A stretch of DNA of 64,000 nt, from the NCBI GenBank assembly GCA_905178155.1, contig CAJINV010000004.1, positions 1,000,629 through 1,064,628 on the forward strand. The letters run 5' to 3'. Both the position numbers and the translations under genes were made by a program. The notes under the pieces are model-generated. The model did no database searches. It saw nothing but the letters and a program-made list of their open reading frames with translations, and was not told where the DNA came from. The DNA is from Amoebophrya sp. A120 (Eukaryota > Protista > Dinoflagellata). Positions 1 through 11,615 of the stretch are shown here, in pieces (the first letter of the stretch is position 1; every line of letters starts with the position of its first letter).

Positions 1-3000
1 CGCCCTTGCTCCAATGAGACGTTCTCGTCTGGGTACAAAACCTTGTCGATCAGCTCCTGCGAAAAGGTATACTTGGAAGAACTCGTCGTCGACGCCGGAT
101 CCGCCACAGCCGCGAGCATTTGCGACGGCAACAGCTGCTGCAACTGCTTTTTCAACACGGGAGCGATCTTTTCAGGTGCTGGAGGGATGAACGGATTTTG
201 AGTGGCTGCATTTTTCGCGGTTGTTGACTTTGACGGTGTGCTAGTAGAGTCCGCGGCATTTTCAAGTGGAGACACTTCTCCTTCTTCAACCTCGTCGTAG
301 TTTTCTTCCACAACCGCGACGCTTCCCAACGCCGCGCTGCGACAACAGCGGATGATCGTCTTCGCTGCGATCCTGATCGGCATCTGGTAGTACTGGGCCA
401 GCTTGTAGACGCCGCTTTTTGAAGAAATAGCACCACCTCCAGTCGTACTACTCGTCCCTTTCGTGGCCGCTGCAGAAGTTGTGGTCCCTCCAGTGGTGGC
501 GCCAGGATTTGTTTTCCGGACTCCCTGAAGTTCGATTCGCGGCGCCATCTCGGTCTGCAGCAGGTTGGAAAACCAAATACCGAATGCAAAAATGTCTGGG
601 TCTGGAAGACAATGCAGGTTTGTCACGCTTGTCTGGCATGACTCTCAAATCTGTGATGCATCAGCAGGAAAAGAGCCTCTTGCCTGTCATGCAAAAACGC
701 AGCTTGTCATGCGAAAAACGAAACACACAACAGCACAAAAAACTTGTCATGCTGGGCTGCATATTGCAGTGCGCCGAGCCACCATTCGCAAACTAGCATC
801 ACAAGTTTCCAGACCCAGACACTTTTGCAATGCATACCAAAGCTGCAGCTGCAACGAGTACAGGCGTTGGCTTTCCACAATCCTCTGAAGATGGAGCTGA
901 TTATAATTTTCCTCTCGTTCAGTAGGCAGATGTTCATGTTCTGAAGCTGACATTTGTGCTGCCGTTAGAAATGCATCATTCAAAACGGCGTCGTCGTGTA
1001 TCCAGTCAAGAGGCGAAATGCCGACCACCTCCTGTCCGTTGTCCAGGTTGCAGCTGCTGCGCTCGGTTTTCTGCAAATCGTGTTCGGATAAAGACTGCAA
1101 CATAGTTTTCAAAAACAGTGCTTGTTGTGATTCAGATTCTAATCGATGCTCGACACCTACTTCGCTCTTCGTTCTTGTTGTACCCATGCCGTCCAGTAGT
1201 TGTTCTCCTGTCAAAGCAGTAGCTCGTGTAGTCGCGGCCCCAGCAGCACCTCCGTGCACAAAACGACCCAAGTGGTTCTTGCCACTACACCGTGCCCACA
1301 AAAAGTTTCCCGGCTTGAAGGTAAATGGCTGGACAGCGCTGAAAAAAGGACGTGGAGGTGGTTCGGAGGACTTATTGTTGCGGCCCTGTTCAAGACCTCC
1401 AGCAGGTCTATTTCGTTCTTTCTCGTCCTCTATTCTGTTTCTCTCCCCGACGCATGATCCCGACCCAGGCAGCAGCTGCAGGAGCTGCCCAATTCGTGAA
1501 GAAGATGTTGTTCCACGGCCGGCCAAATGCTGCATCATGCTGTGTCGGTGTTTCATCCTGCGGTCCATAGGCTGCATGATTTCCTGCAGTGGGAAGTAGC
1601 AGACGCAACACAAAGCCACGAGAAAGACCGGGAAGCTGAGTTGCACAAAGAGACTGGACTTCGTGCCGCGGAGGAACAGGTAGAGCCGGCGCTTGACGAG
1701 AGTTTTTAACAGCTTGAAGGTCCGCAAGTACCGCCGCAAGCGTGGGCTGCGAGTAAAAATCATCGTGAAAAAATTATTAGTGTTCCAGCAGGCAGAGATG
1801 AAATTAAATCGTGGCCACAACCTGCTACGGTGTCGCTGTTGGTGCTGACCATAGTCAATTATATCGGCAAGATTTCTTCCTCCAGCATCACGCTGCGAAG
1901 ATGAAGAAGTCCTCACAGTATGCTCCGTTCTTGTATGAAGATCGTCTTCAGCTTCCGCATCCGCCCGCATGGAGCCCGCCAAGTCGGCGACTGGAAGTTG
2001 TAGCTGCGCCGCAAAAGATTGAAGAGACGTCGCTGGAATCGTAGTCGTGACTCCTGGAGCTAAAATAGCGTTGCCTCTTCCGGCGCTAGAAGAAGCTCCT
2101 CCTGCCCCGCGAAGACCATCCTCTCCGTCTCTTGTGCACAGTTTCAAAAAGACCTGCTCCAAATTGCAGGTCTGCAGGCTGGCTGTTTTCAACACCAAAA
2201 ACCTCCGTGTCTTGGAAATCTGCTGTAGACTGTGCATGCCTTTCAGGATTTTTGCCACCAGGCCATTGTCAAAATTGAAAAACTGGACCGACATCTTATT
2301 GTTGGAAGTAGAACTCGTCCGGCTTGTTCCCCTTTGGTGTTTTTGCTTCTTGTTTCGATTATTTCCTGTCGCGGTTTCCATTTTCTCGGGCGATTTGTTT
2401 GGTGACGAAACGTCTACGTCACCGCCGGAACGACGAGTTTTGGTCGCAAACGACTCCTCGGAGTCTGCTTCAGCTTCCGTAATATCTCCACGAGGTGATC
2501 TTCTTGGCGATGATTCATCTGATGTATCATTTGTAGTCGTGGTGCTGCTTCGTTCTAGCAAGCGGTACAGGATCTCGATGGAGCTCGTCATCGTGATGTA
2601 GTCCTCTCCACTGGGAATTACTGGGTTCAAAGTCAAGCAATTTTTAGAGCTTTCGCTTATGTATCCACCACCGCGCGAAGCCCCCGAAGGCAAAGTCATA
2701 CCACGACCCCGCCGCGGCTCCGCCAACGCACCAACAACGAACTTCGGCCTTTTGCTTTTAGTACTTGACGTAGTTGACGCCGGTTCTTTGGCTGTACCTA
2801 GAACTTCATCTTCGACGCCTACGTGGTCCATTTCGCGCACGTCTTCTTGCTGCCTCACGACCCCTTCGAGCACCATGCTTCCGCTGCTGCTAGAGGATTC
2901 CAAAACCGGGGTCCCTCCCGGGTCATCGAAAGAAGTCTTCCGTCTTTCTTGGGTCGCCTTGGCTGAAGCGCAATGGCCTTCCGCGCTTTCATTCGGAAGA

Positions 3001-6000
3001 TCATGTTGACGAGGTTCAAACGGCCCCGCCGCATTGTTCATCTGTGAAGCGCTGTTAAAGCTGCTAGTGATGTCAACCACAACATTTGCATTTTTTTTTC
3101 GCGCCCGCAGCTTTGTGCAAGCGTACGTGATAGTGATCAACACGGTGTCCGCATCCACCTCCTTCACGACCCTCTCGAAAGAGTGCTGCAGTTTCCTTCT
3201 TGTATTCATATTGGCACGACACCCGGACGCGCCTGCTTTACTACCAGGAGCACCCGCTGCTCCCAGATGAATCCCGCTGCTCGTCGTTGTGGTCGTTGGG
3301 CTCTTGGTCGCTCTTCTGCTGGTTGCGGGCGACGAACTGCGGGAGGTAGAAGTCGCCGTGTTACTGCAACTATCCACGGACAGGAGAGACGACTTCCTCG
3401 ACGCCGCAGCTACAGAAGTTCTGACGCAGTTCCGAAACAACTGACTGGGCGGTAGATTTTCCGCCAGAGGCTCCGCTTCCTCCGCCGTTTCGAATAGGAG
3501 ATCCTCGTGCAGCTGCTCAACACGTCGACTACTTTCGTCGAATGAGGAGGAGGAACTCATGTTACCGTTTGATGCAGGAACTACATCAACGTCGGAAGCA
3601 GCGGCTCCTGCTGCTGGTCCCATCGTCGTAGTACCATCCGCATCTTGCGTGCCGTTCTTGTCGTCTGGTGATGATGGTGGAGGAGCTTCTCTACTTCTAG
3701 AACTACCACACATCAAGTGGGTTGGGGTCTCCCCGGTTGTCGCCGCGGCTAAAAGAGTGTCCATGTACAGTTTATTGTCAGGATCTACAACAACTTCTTT
3801 ATTCTCTGGCAATTGTTGTTCTCCTTGTAGTTCTCCACGAGCCTTATGTTGCGGGGACGACGACGCAGATGAACGATGCTCTCCTGGATGTCGTAAAAGT
3901 TGTGCAGGACCCCCTTCCAACTGCACCTCCGCTCCTGGGCTACAAAGTTCATCTTGTAGACCTCCTTCTACAACATGTTCATCATCTGCTGCTGCTTCTG
4001 CTTCTGCGGCTTCAAATTTTGCCATTTTCTTCTCCATTTCCTTCATCAGGGTGTACTTGTATCCACAAAAAAAGGCCCGCCACCCCCATCCAATTTGTCA
4101 TCGCAAAACATGCATAAACTCTAGTGTCGTGTGTCATGCGAAAAATTGATCATGGGGATGGGTGTTTTGTCCTGGATAACTTGACCGCGGACTCCACTAC
4201 TCGCTTTGTCTCGTTCAGAATCAAAAAGGGGTTCTGCCGCGGGAACTTTTTGTCTTCCTCGAACACGTACTCAAACGAATTTGTGAGCCCGTTCTGGTGG
4301 AAATCCTCCAAGTAAAGATCCACGATCTCCTGGTTGATGTTGATTATGCTTTTCGAAGAAGAAGAAGAAGAAGAAAAGGCCGTTTTATTTTTCGTGTAGT
4401 CCTTCGATGAGTGTTGCTGTTGACGGTCTTGTTCTTGCCCTTCTTTTGATTTTGTTTCATCCGATGTAGTGTTGTTAGTAAGACCTCCTTCTGCATCATC
4501 TTCACGGTCGCCCGCAGCTGAAAAAGAAGAGGAAGCTGCAACGTTGCCCACTGTCTGACTGAAAACAAAGGCAGCATCAGGCGCTGCTTTCTGAAGATCA
4601 GTACTAGCATGATCAGCTGCACCAGCCTCTGCCTCCACTCCACCCACTCTCTCATGCTGGTCGCCCGGGCTAGCGCTAAACTCGGATGCGATTTCAGACT
4701 CGGATGCGACTGGGGCGAGTAAGCAGGAGCGAGGGGAGGATCTATTTCTTGAGCCCCCGCCGTCGATTCGTGCAGCCTGCTCCGGTCCTCGCAGCATATG
4801 CATGCGTCAGGATCGAAATCGACAAAATGATCAAAAAACTTGTGATGCATAAAATCTAGGGCACTGAAGGCCTGTACTGGGGAGCAGGCCAATGAAAGCG
4901 ATTGCGCGCCTGTTTAGGGGTATGCGATGCGCTGCCAGAGTAGCACGACAGGAGCAATCTTCTTTGCCCAAACAGCATGACAGACTGGATTTTGGTGCTG
5001 CCGAAATTTGTCATGCGCCACCTGGAAACTGAGGCTCCGACCGCCATCGATTTTGTGCATCACAAATTTTGCGACTTTGTCGATTTTAATCCTGACACCC
5101 TCATATCGCAGCAATCGTTCGTAGTACGCGGAATTTTCCTCGTATTCCAGGACGAGCTCTATGGCGTTCTCAACTGTTACATTCTCAACTGTTACATGAA
5201 TTTGTAATGCAAGACTAGCGCAGGCGAGAGGGACAACCTTGCGCGTCTTGCATTACAGGTTTCGTGCAGATCATAGTGCTGCTACTTAGCCCTCCGAGAA
5301 TTTGTCATGCGCAGCAGCTCGATCGTCTGGTGAGTCATGGTCATTTTGCATGACAAATCATGTAACAGTTGAGAATGTAACGTTTGAGAACGGCATAAGC
5401 TCGTAACCGCAGTTATGCTGCCGCTTGAGGAAGTCCGCGCTCCCTTCGGCCTTCACCTCTCCCCCGAAGGACATAATCGCGATGTTGTCCCCAAGGGCCT
5501 CGGCCTCGTCAAGAAAGTGCGTCGTGAAGAAAATGGTCCGGTGTTCCTTCATTTTCCGCAGAAACTCCCAAAGTTGGCGCCGGGTGAACGGATCCAGCCC
5601 GCTGGAGGGCTCGTCCAACACCACAAAAACCGGGTCCCCGACGAAGGCCAATCCGATCGACAACCGGCGCTGCATATCCTGTGCAAAAGTATCGCACTCG
5701 AATTGCATGCATTACAAGTCTTGTTCTTAAGGTGAATCAGCATTACAACTGGAACGATAGAAGAAGTGTGTTCATGTTTTGTAATTACAAATTTTCTTTG
5801 CCATGCTGAGGAAATTTGTAATGCATTTATACGCGTACGATACTTTTGCAGTGCATACTGCATCCCGCCGGACAGATTTTTCACTAATGTGTGTCGCTTA
5901 TCCAGCAAATTCAGTTTCTGCAGCATGGTGGTGACGTACTTCCGTTCGCGGATTTTCCGCGCGCGAAGCTCCTCTGAACGCGAGGTCTTGACGTTCAGTG

Positions 6001-9000
6001 TCAAGGCGATCCAGGACAAATTATTGTCCTCGTGGTCCTGCTCTTCGTCCTCATTCTCGTCAGCCACTGCTTCCGGCTCTTGTTCCGCTGCAGATAGCAC
6101 GCGAGGAGCTGGTGTCGTGCCACGAGGATTTGCTGTTGATGTAGTCCGTTGGCCTATTTGTTCTTCTACTGCATTAATGTTCATCTCGCGTGAAGACGCA
6201 ACATGTTGTACTCGATGTGGAACTGCATCTGCCGCGTCTGCAACTACATCATCATGATCTCCAAATAAACTACTATCCTCTCCATCCCGAACAGCATGAT
6301 CTCGGTCCTCCAAAATCTCATCTTCGTCGGCCTCTTCTGACGAGGCTGGAATTTCGAAATTACGCAGTTTCATGAACAGCAAGAAGTGTTCTTCCACGGT
6401 TAAGTACTCGTACAACGCGTTCTCCTGCGGACAAAACCCGATCATCTGCTTCCGCCTCCCCTCCTCAACTGTGTGCCCGTAGATCCGCACGTAAGACCCC
6501 GGAAGAATAAGACCACCTCGTCCACCAAGTGATGAAGAAGTAGCGGCTGATGTAGTAGTTCCGGCGGTCGCAGCGCCTCGTCTACCCCGGCGGGGTCCGC
6601 TCCGTGTAGTCCTAGTCCTCGCAGGGGCCGGGGCAGAAGTAGATATTCTCGTACTACTTGCGGCACTGTAGTCCTCACTTGTTCTCCTATATTGAAGATC
6701 AGAAGTAGGAGAAGAGCGATGCTGCTGCGGTTCTAGTTCTGGCTCCTCTGCTTCGTCCGAGGAAACTGATTCTATTTCGTCCCTCGCTGGTGTCGCAGCG
6801 TCCTCGTTGTCGTACTGTCTCAAATGCCCGGTCAAAACCTTCATGCAGGTACTCTTCCCCGCACCGTTGGGGCCGAGCAGGCAGAAAATTTGGTTACGCT
6901 GCATCCTCAGATTCGTGCCCGCGGAAAGAGCGTAAAAGGCGTCGCCGAATTTCACGCGCAGATTTTCCACAACCACCGCAGGCTGGTGTAGTTGGTGTTG
7001 GGCGAGGGGGTCAATGTCGTCGTCGTGCAACATTTCTACTTCAGAAGCGGCTTCGAAATCATGTGGCTCAGCGTGGTCGACGTCCCCACCGTCTGCCACA
7101 GCTTCCTCTGTTTGGCCCGGCGGATTATTATAGTGACTTCTCTGCGCACCACCAGCCCCGGTCGTCCACCTTCGTGAGGAAAAAGAAGTACTAACTGCGC
7201 CACCACCACGCTCGGAACGTCTACCGCGTCTCCTGGTCGTTGGAACCAGTAGCCCAGTCGTTCTGCTCCTAGAACTTCTTCTACTCCGACGTCGACGCTC
7301 ACGCTGTGTCACCTCCCAACAAAACTGCAGCAAGGCCACCAGGCACCGCAAAACGGGCTTCAGACAGCGCTTGAGCAGCAGATTCGGAACAAAACGGCAG
7401 ATCCGCGTGGTCCACCGCCGGTTTGGGGCTGGGCGTCGGGTGATTCTGTTCCGTGAAGCTGAGGAAAAATCACCTTCGACTTCTTCGTCTTCGTCCAAGA
7501 AAGCTTGGGAACTACCGCGCATCGCCGAGGATCCCATGGATGTTCTTGTTCCCGATAATGTGCTAGAAGTAGCACCATGATGTTCTTCTGAGGCTAACCC
7601 ATTGTTGCCATTGCGTCGTGCTGTCCGGCAGAAACACAGCAAGTTGACGCAGTACCAGAAGCGCCTCGCCAAATCCTGCTTCGCCTTAACCAGAGTAAAG
7701 GACGTGGAGTCCACTAAATACCAAACCGCGAGCAGCAAGACCAACGACTTCAGCAGGGGAGTAAGTGGGTCCTGGTTCATCGGCGATCGGCTGCACGGGT
7801 AGCCGAAGGAGTTGAGAGTAGTCTCGAGCAAGAAACTCATGTAGGCTTCGTGAAATGCCCGGACCGGGAGCGTGAGCAGCAAAAGAAAGCTCCGTTCTAC
7901 GGTGAGGATGAAAGAATAGAAAGGGGACGTCGACGTTGTCCCGTCTTGGGCAACATTCAGCTGAAATAAACCATAGTACCCAGCTGCAGCAGTGCTGCTG
8001 CTGGCTGCCGCTCCTCCGTTGTTGTCTGCAGTCCCGATACCCCCTTGCCAGAAGTACACCTGCAGTGCGTGCCAGAGGAAAGGGACCCCGAAGAGAATGC
8101 AGCTTGCCGTCGACGCAGTGGCGGGCTTGGAGAAGAAGCTGCTCCAAATGTATAACAGTGCACAACTCCCCCTCTCCCTCGTTTGTCATGCAAAATCCCA
8201 AATCCACCCGCTACCTTGTGGCACTCTTTGCATGACAGATTCTTGGAGCCCAATAAACAGTACTACACTAGGCACATGAATTGAATTTGTCATGCAGAGG
8301 CCCCACGCGTGCTGGTGTTTGTGTTGCTGTTCATGCCATACAAACGAGGGGGAGTGGGAGTTGTGGTGCACTCTCATAAAATGTGCGCAAAAACCATTAC
8401 CGTGGCGGAAAAGAAGAACGAAGAGGAAAACAGCTGTGCTACGACGGCGAGATTCTGGAGGAAAATCGAGGACCCACTACTAGGTGGTGCCACGAACAAG
8501 ACCCAGCCGAGCGCGACGGCAGTGCTGAAGCAGAAACAGCTGATACAGATCAAAGCGATGCTGTGCAGGAAAAAGGACAAATCCGAAACCCCGATGGTGC
8601 GCATGGTTTCTCGCATTTGCTTTTCGACGATCTGTCCGTTCACCGTCAGGAAAAAGGGGATGAAAAGCGGAAGGAGGTTGATATCCACAAAAAAACAACC
8701 ATGATCCCCATCCAATTTGTCATGCAAAACATATATGAAGTCCTGTGTTTGTCATGCAGAAAATGGATATAAGATGGTCATGGTTGTTTTTTCCTGGAAG
8801 ATAGATCACACAGAGGAAGCCCAGCTCCACTTCCTTCTCGAGCTTGTAGGGATTCACGTACAGGGAACGCAGGGAATTATCAAATGTAAAAATGTCTGGG
8901 TCTGGAAAAATCCAACTTGTCATGCTAAATCTGAATCATGTAAAAATCTGTGTTGCATGATTACCAAAAGCTCCCCACTTTTGACCTAATCGAGAGGCAG

Positions 9001-10579
9001 TTTCTCATGCAGGATAGGCATTAGAAAGGTCTCGCAATATTTGTCATGCTATGTCCTACATACCAGACCTCATGAGTCATGGGAAACCTGCATGACAAGT
9101 CAGGCACTCTTCCAGACCCAGACATTTTTACACTTGATAGGAATTCGTGATTTGCAACTCGGGGAAGGGCACGAAGCTGACAGGAAGAGAATTTGCGCTC
9201 CTAGAAGTTGCTCGAAGACCGCCGGCTGCAACAACGACCAGTTCTGATATCCCCTCTGCCACCGACCGCAATTCGAGAATCGGCTTCATTTTCTCTCGAA
9301 AAAAACGCACGCACGGGCTGAACCTGGCGGCGTCGTAAGAGGCTGCAGTGCCTGGACTACTTGCACGAGGACTTTGGCTTCTCAGTCTTCCTCCGACTCC
9401 GCAGCCCGAGTAGTCCGTGGACACAAAAACACTGTCGTTGTCTTCATCGGCCAGCCGGATTTTTGTGTAGTAGTGGTCCTCCGTATGTTGATTATTATAT
9501 CCGGGCCGCTCCAGGTCGTAGTTCCTGTTATACAACAACTCGTCCACATGTTGATGATGAGAACTAAGGGCATCATACAGATCCTGGTCGCTGGTTCTCT
9601 TCAGAGCTCGAATGTACAGGGACACAACTAAATTCTCCGCAGCATGATCATCTTCACGACGTCCTTTTTTTGCGCCAGCGTCAGGAGATGAGGTCAACAT
9701 AGAAGACTTTGCCGCGGTCTTCATTCCCGGCGACGAGTCCTCGGGTATAGAAGTGCCTCCACGAAACTCGATTTTTATCACCCCGCACAGGTCACGTGGC
9801 TTGAAGCGGCTGTAGCCGCCGGTTCTTACTACAGTGCGTTCTTTTGAAGAGAGAAGATCATCCTCTGCAGGAGCAGCGGTCTTTGCAACGATCTTCGCAG
9901 TTGTAGTTGAAGCACCACCACCGGTTGCCGCGTCAACATCGGTCGTCGTAACCTCGACCCGAAAAAGCGTGGAGGCGCCGAATCGAACCAGAGCGGCCTT
10001 TTTCTTGCCCGTCGGGCCTTTGGTGGGCGGATGTCGTATGGTCGTCGTGGCAAAAGTAGTGCTGGCTTTCGAAAATTCAAAAGGTCGTCCAGAAACCGCG
10101 TCCACGATTTGGCTCCAGGTTTCGTCGTCCGTAATAACACCGACAGAAGTGCAGACTCTGCTACTTGGAAACGAGTCCCGCATCCCCAATTGGACACCTC
10201 CAACAAGCATCTCCTGGTTATAAGAATTCTCGTTGCCATCAAGGAGTAGAGGCCCAACCTTGCCGGCCAGGTCGCCCAACACACCGCTGAAAGAGGGAAG
10301 AACAAACCTCGGGACGAACGTAGAGGGAGCTGTTTCATCCGTACGAGGGCCGCGTGTCGTTCGCCCATTATACGAAGCATTTTCCCTTTCCGTTCCTCCA
10401 TTTTCCGTGTACAAACTGGTCTGATAGCCCCCAAAAAACAAGTACGAGAACAGGCAAACTAGCAACGGCGCCGCGAGGTATTCGACGAAGGTTTTCGTTT
10501 GGTGCCGCTTCTGGTAACGGCGGGTTTTCCACAATAGACCGCCGACCTGGGCGTATAAGAGCGGCGGGAAGAGCTGCAT
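1..10579 (-). CDS. ABCA-subfamily ABC transporter (multi-exon, runs off the left edge)
   Basis: N-terminus [15 protein letters not shown]; Walker [12 protein letters not shown]; [18 protein letters not shown]; signature LSGGMQ|[31 protein letters not shown]; [13 protein letters not shown]; second TMD start [14 protein letters not shown]. The ORF pieces join in frame after removing 8 TIR elements, and the frame stays open to position 1. Confidence 0.93.
578..836. mobile_element. Introner-like TIR element, family A
   Basis: TIR tgcaaaaatgtctgggtctggaa / ttccagacccagacacttttgca; direct repeat ccaaa (573-577, 837-841); removal gives LW|FSNLLQ. Confidence 0.92.
4060..4178. mobile_element. Introner-like TIR element, family D
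   Basis: tatcca...tggata ends; direct repeat acttg; removal joins AVK|YTLMKE. Confidence 0.88.
4797..5105. mobile_element. Introner-like TIR element, family F (8-bp direct repeat)
   Basis: TIR gtcaggatcgaaatcgacaaa / tttgtcgattttaatcctgac; direct repeat tcgcagca (4789-4796, 5106-5113); removal gives ERLLR|GPEQ. Confidence 0.9.
5160..5397. mobile_element. Introner-like TIR element, family B
   Basis: TIR tatggcgttctcaactgttacattctcaactgttacatga; direct repeat agctc; removal gives CGYEL|VLEY. Confidence 0.93.
5675..5857. mobile_element. Introner-like TIR element, family C
   Basis: TIR tgcaaaagtatcg / cgatacttttgca; direct repeat ctgca; splits the ABC signature LSGGMQ|RRLSIG. Confidence 0.93.
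8151..8378. mobile_element. Introner-like TIR element, family E
   Basis: TIR agtgcacaactccccctctccctcgtttg / caaacgagggggagtgggagttgtggtgcact; direct repeat aaatg; removal gives AHI|WSSFFSKP. Confidence 0.9.
8682..8803. mobile_element. Introner-like TIR element, family D (degenerate right end)
   Basis: Similar to 4060-4178; aaaaaacaaccatga / tcatggttgtttttt inverted repeat; probable join LCVI|NLLPLF; exact ends uncertain. Confidence 0.75.
8878..9139. mobile_element. Introner-like TIR element, family A (A2 interior)
   Basis: Family A TIR; direct repeat ggaat; removal gives ITNS|LRSLY; interior resembles 30438-30698. Confidence 0.92.
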
Positions 10580-11615
10580 ATTTTGATCTGTCGCGTTTCC
10601 CCGCGGCCCATACAGACTTGCACTTCCACGTAGTTCATGAAATAACCTGATTCAGCAGGTCGTCAAAGGACAAAAAATGACGACCCATAAATCAACTACT
10701 AGTACTTACTACACTTCTGACCCCTGTTGATACAGTAAGTAGCCATAATGATGTTCTGCGCAGAGGCTGAACATTAGACGGAGCAAGATGGAAATGCTAA
10801 TATTCGCTAAATAAAATGTCATCAATCAGAAGCGAGCTACCGGTGAATGATGTACTTTTGGCAGTAAGAATTATGGAGCTAGGTGTGAGTTGACCACTTG
10901 AAACAAGAAATTGATGTTGCCAGGTGGCATCAAAAGATCCACATGATCTTTCGAGGCCATAAAGAACGAGAATAAAGTCACAAACTTTCCAACGACCATC
11001 ACCATGTAGTTCTTCATCAAGCGAGAGCCCGTGGCTGACAACTTCTTTAAAGCAGAAGAAAACAACACCGAGATTTATCTTGAAGATCGTAGCGTGATTA
11101 AGATTATGCATGGTCTCGTGAATAAAGAACCAATGTGTCGTATCTGATGATCTAGTACAAGAACCGCCTGCATCAACACGAAGATCTTGTTCCACAAGTA
11201 GCTTCTCCTCTTTCATCTGTCATCGTGACCCCAAGCAGGAGATCCTGGATTTTTCTGGAAAGCAGGCACAACAACGGACATCAATTACACGGGAACAAAT
11301 CGCAAATAACAAGAAGACACGACGTAGAACGGTGTGAAGACTATGAGAATGAGTAGACTGTTTTTTATTTCGTGAGCGTGACGTCGTCTTGTCGTCCTGC
11401 TGCAACCACCCTGCGGCTTTCCGCAAGGAAGCTGCCGATCTTCCTCCTCGTGGGTTTTTTGTTCTCGTGCAAAGCGAATGGTTCTGTGGCTCGAAGCGGA
11501 AACATGTTAAGTAATCCTCATGCTTCGTCAGGAAACGACGAGGTTAATACCCGACGAAATGTTATGATATGACTATGAGACTATGTTATTATCATGTGAA
11601 AACTCGTTAGCTTGG

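Noticed and set aside
565-944. Recurrent ORF peptides such as [16 protein letters not shown] and SNVTFSTVT as a protein family
   Set aside because: They are translations of the element TIRs, not genes.
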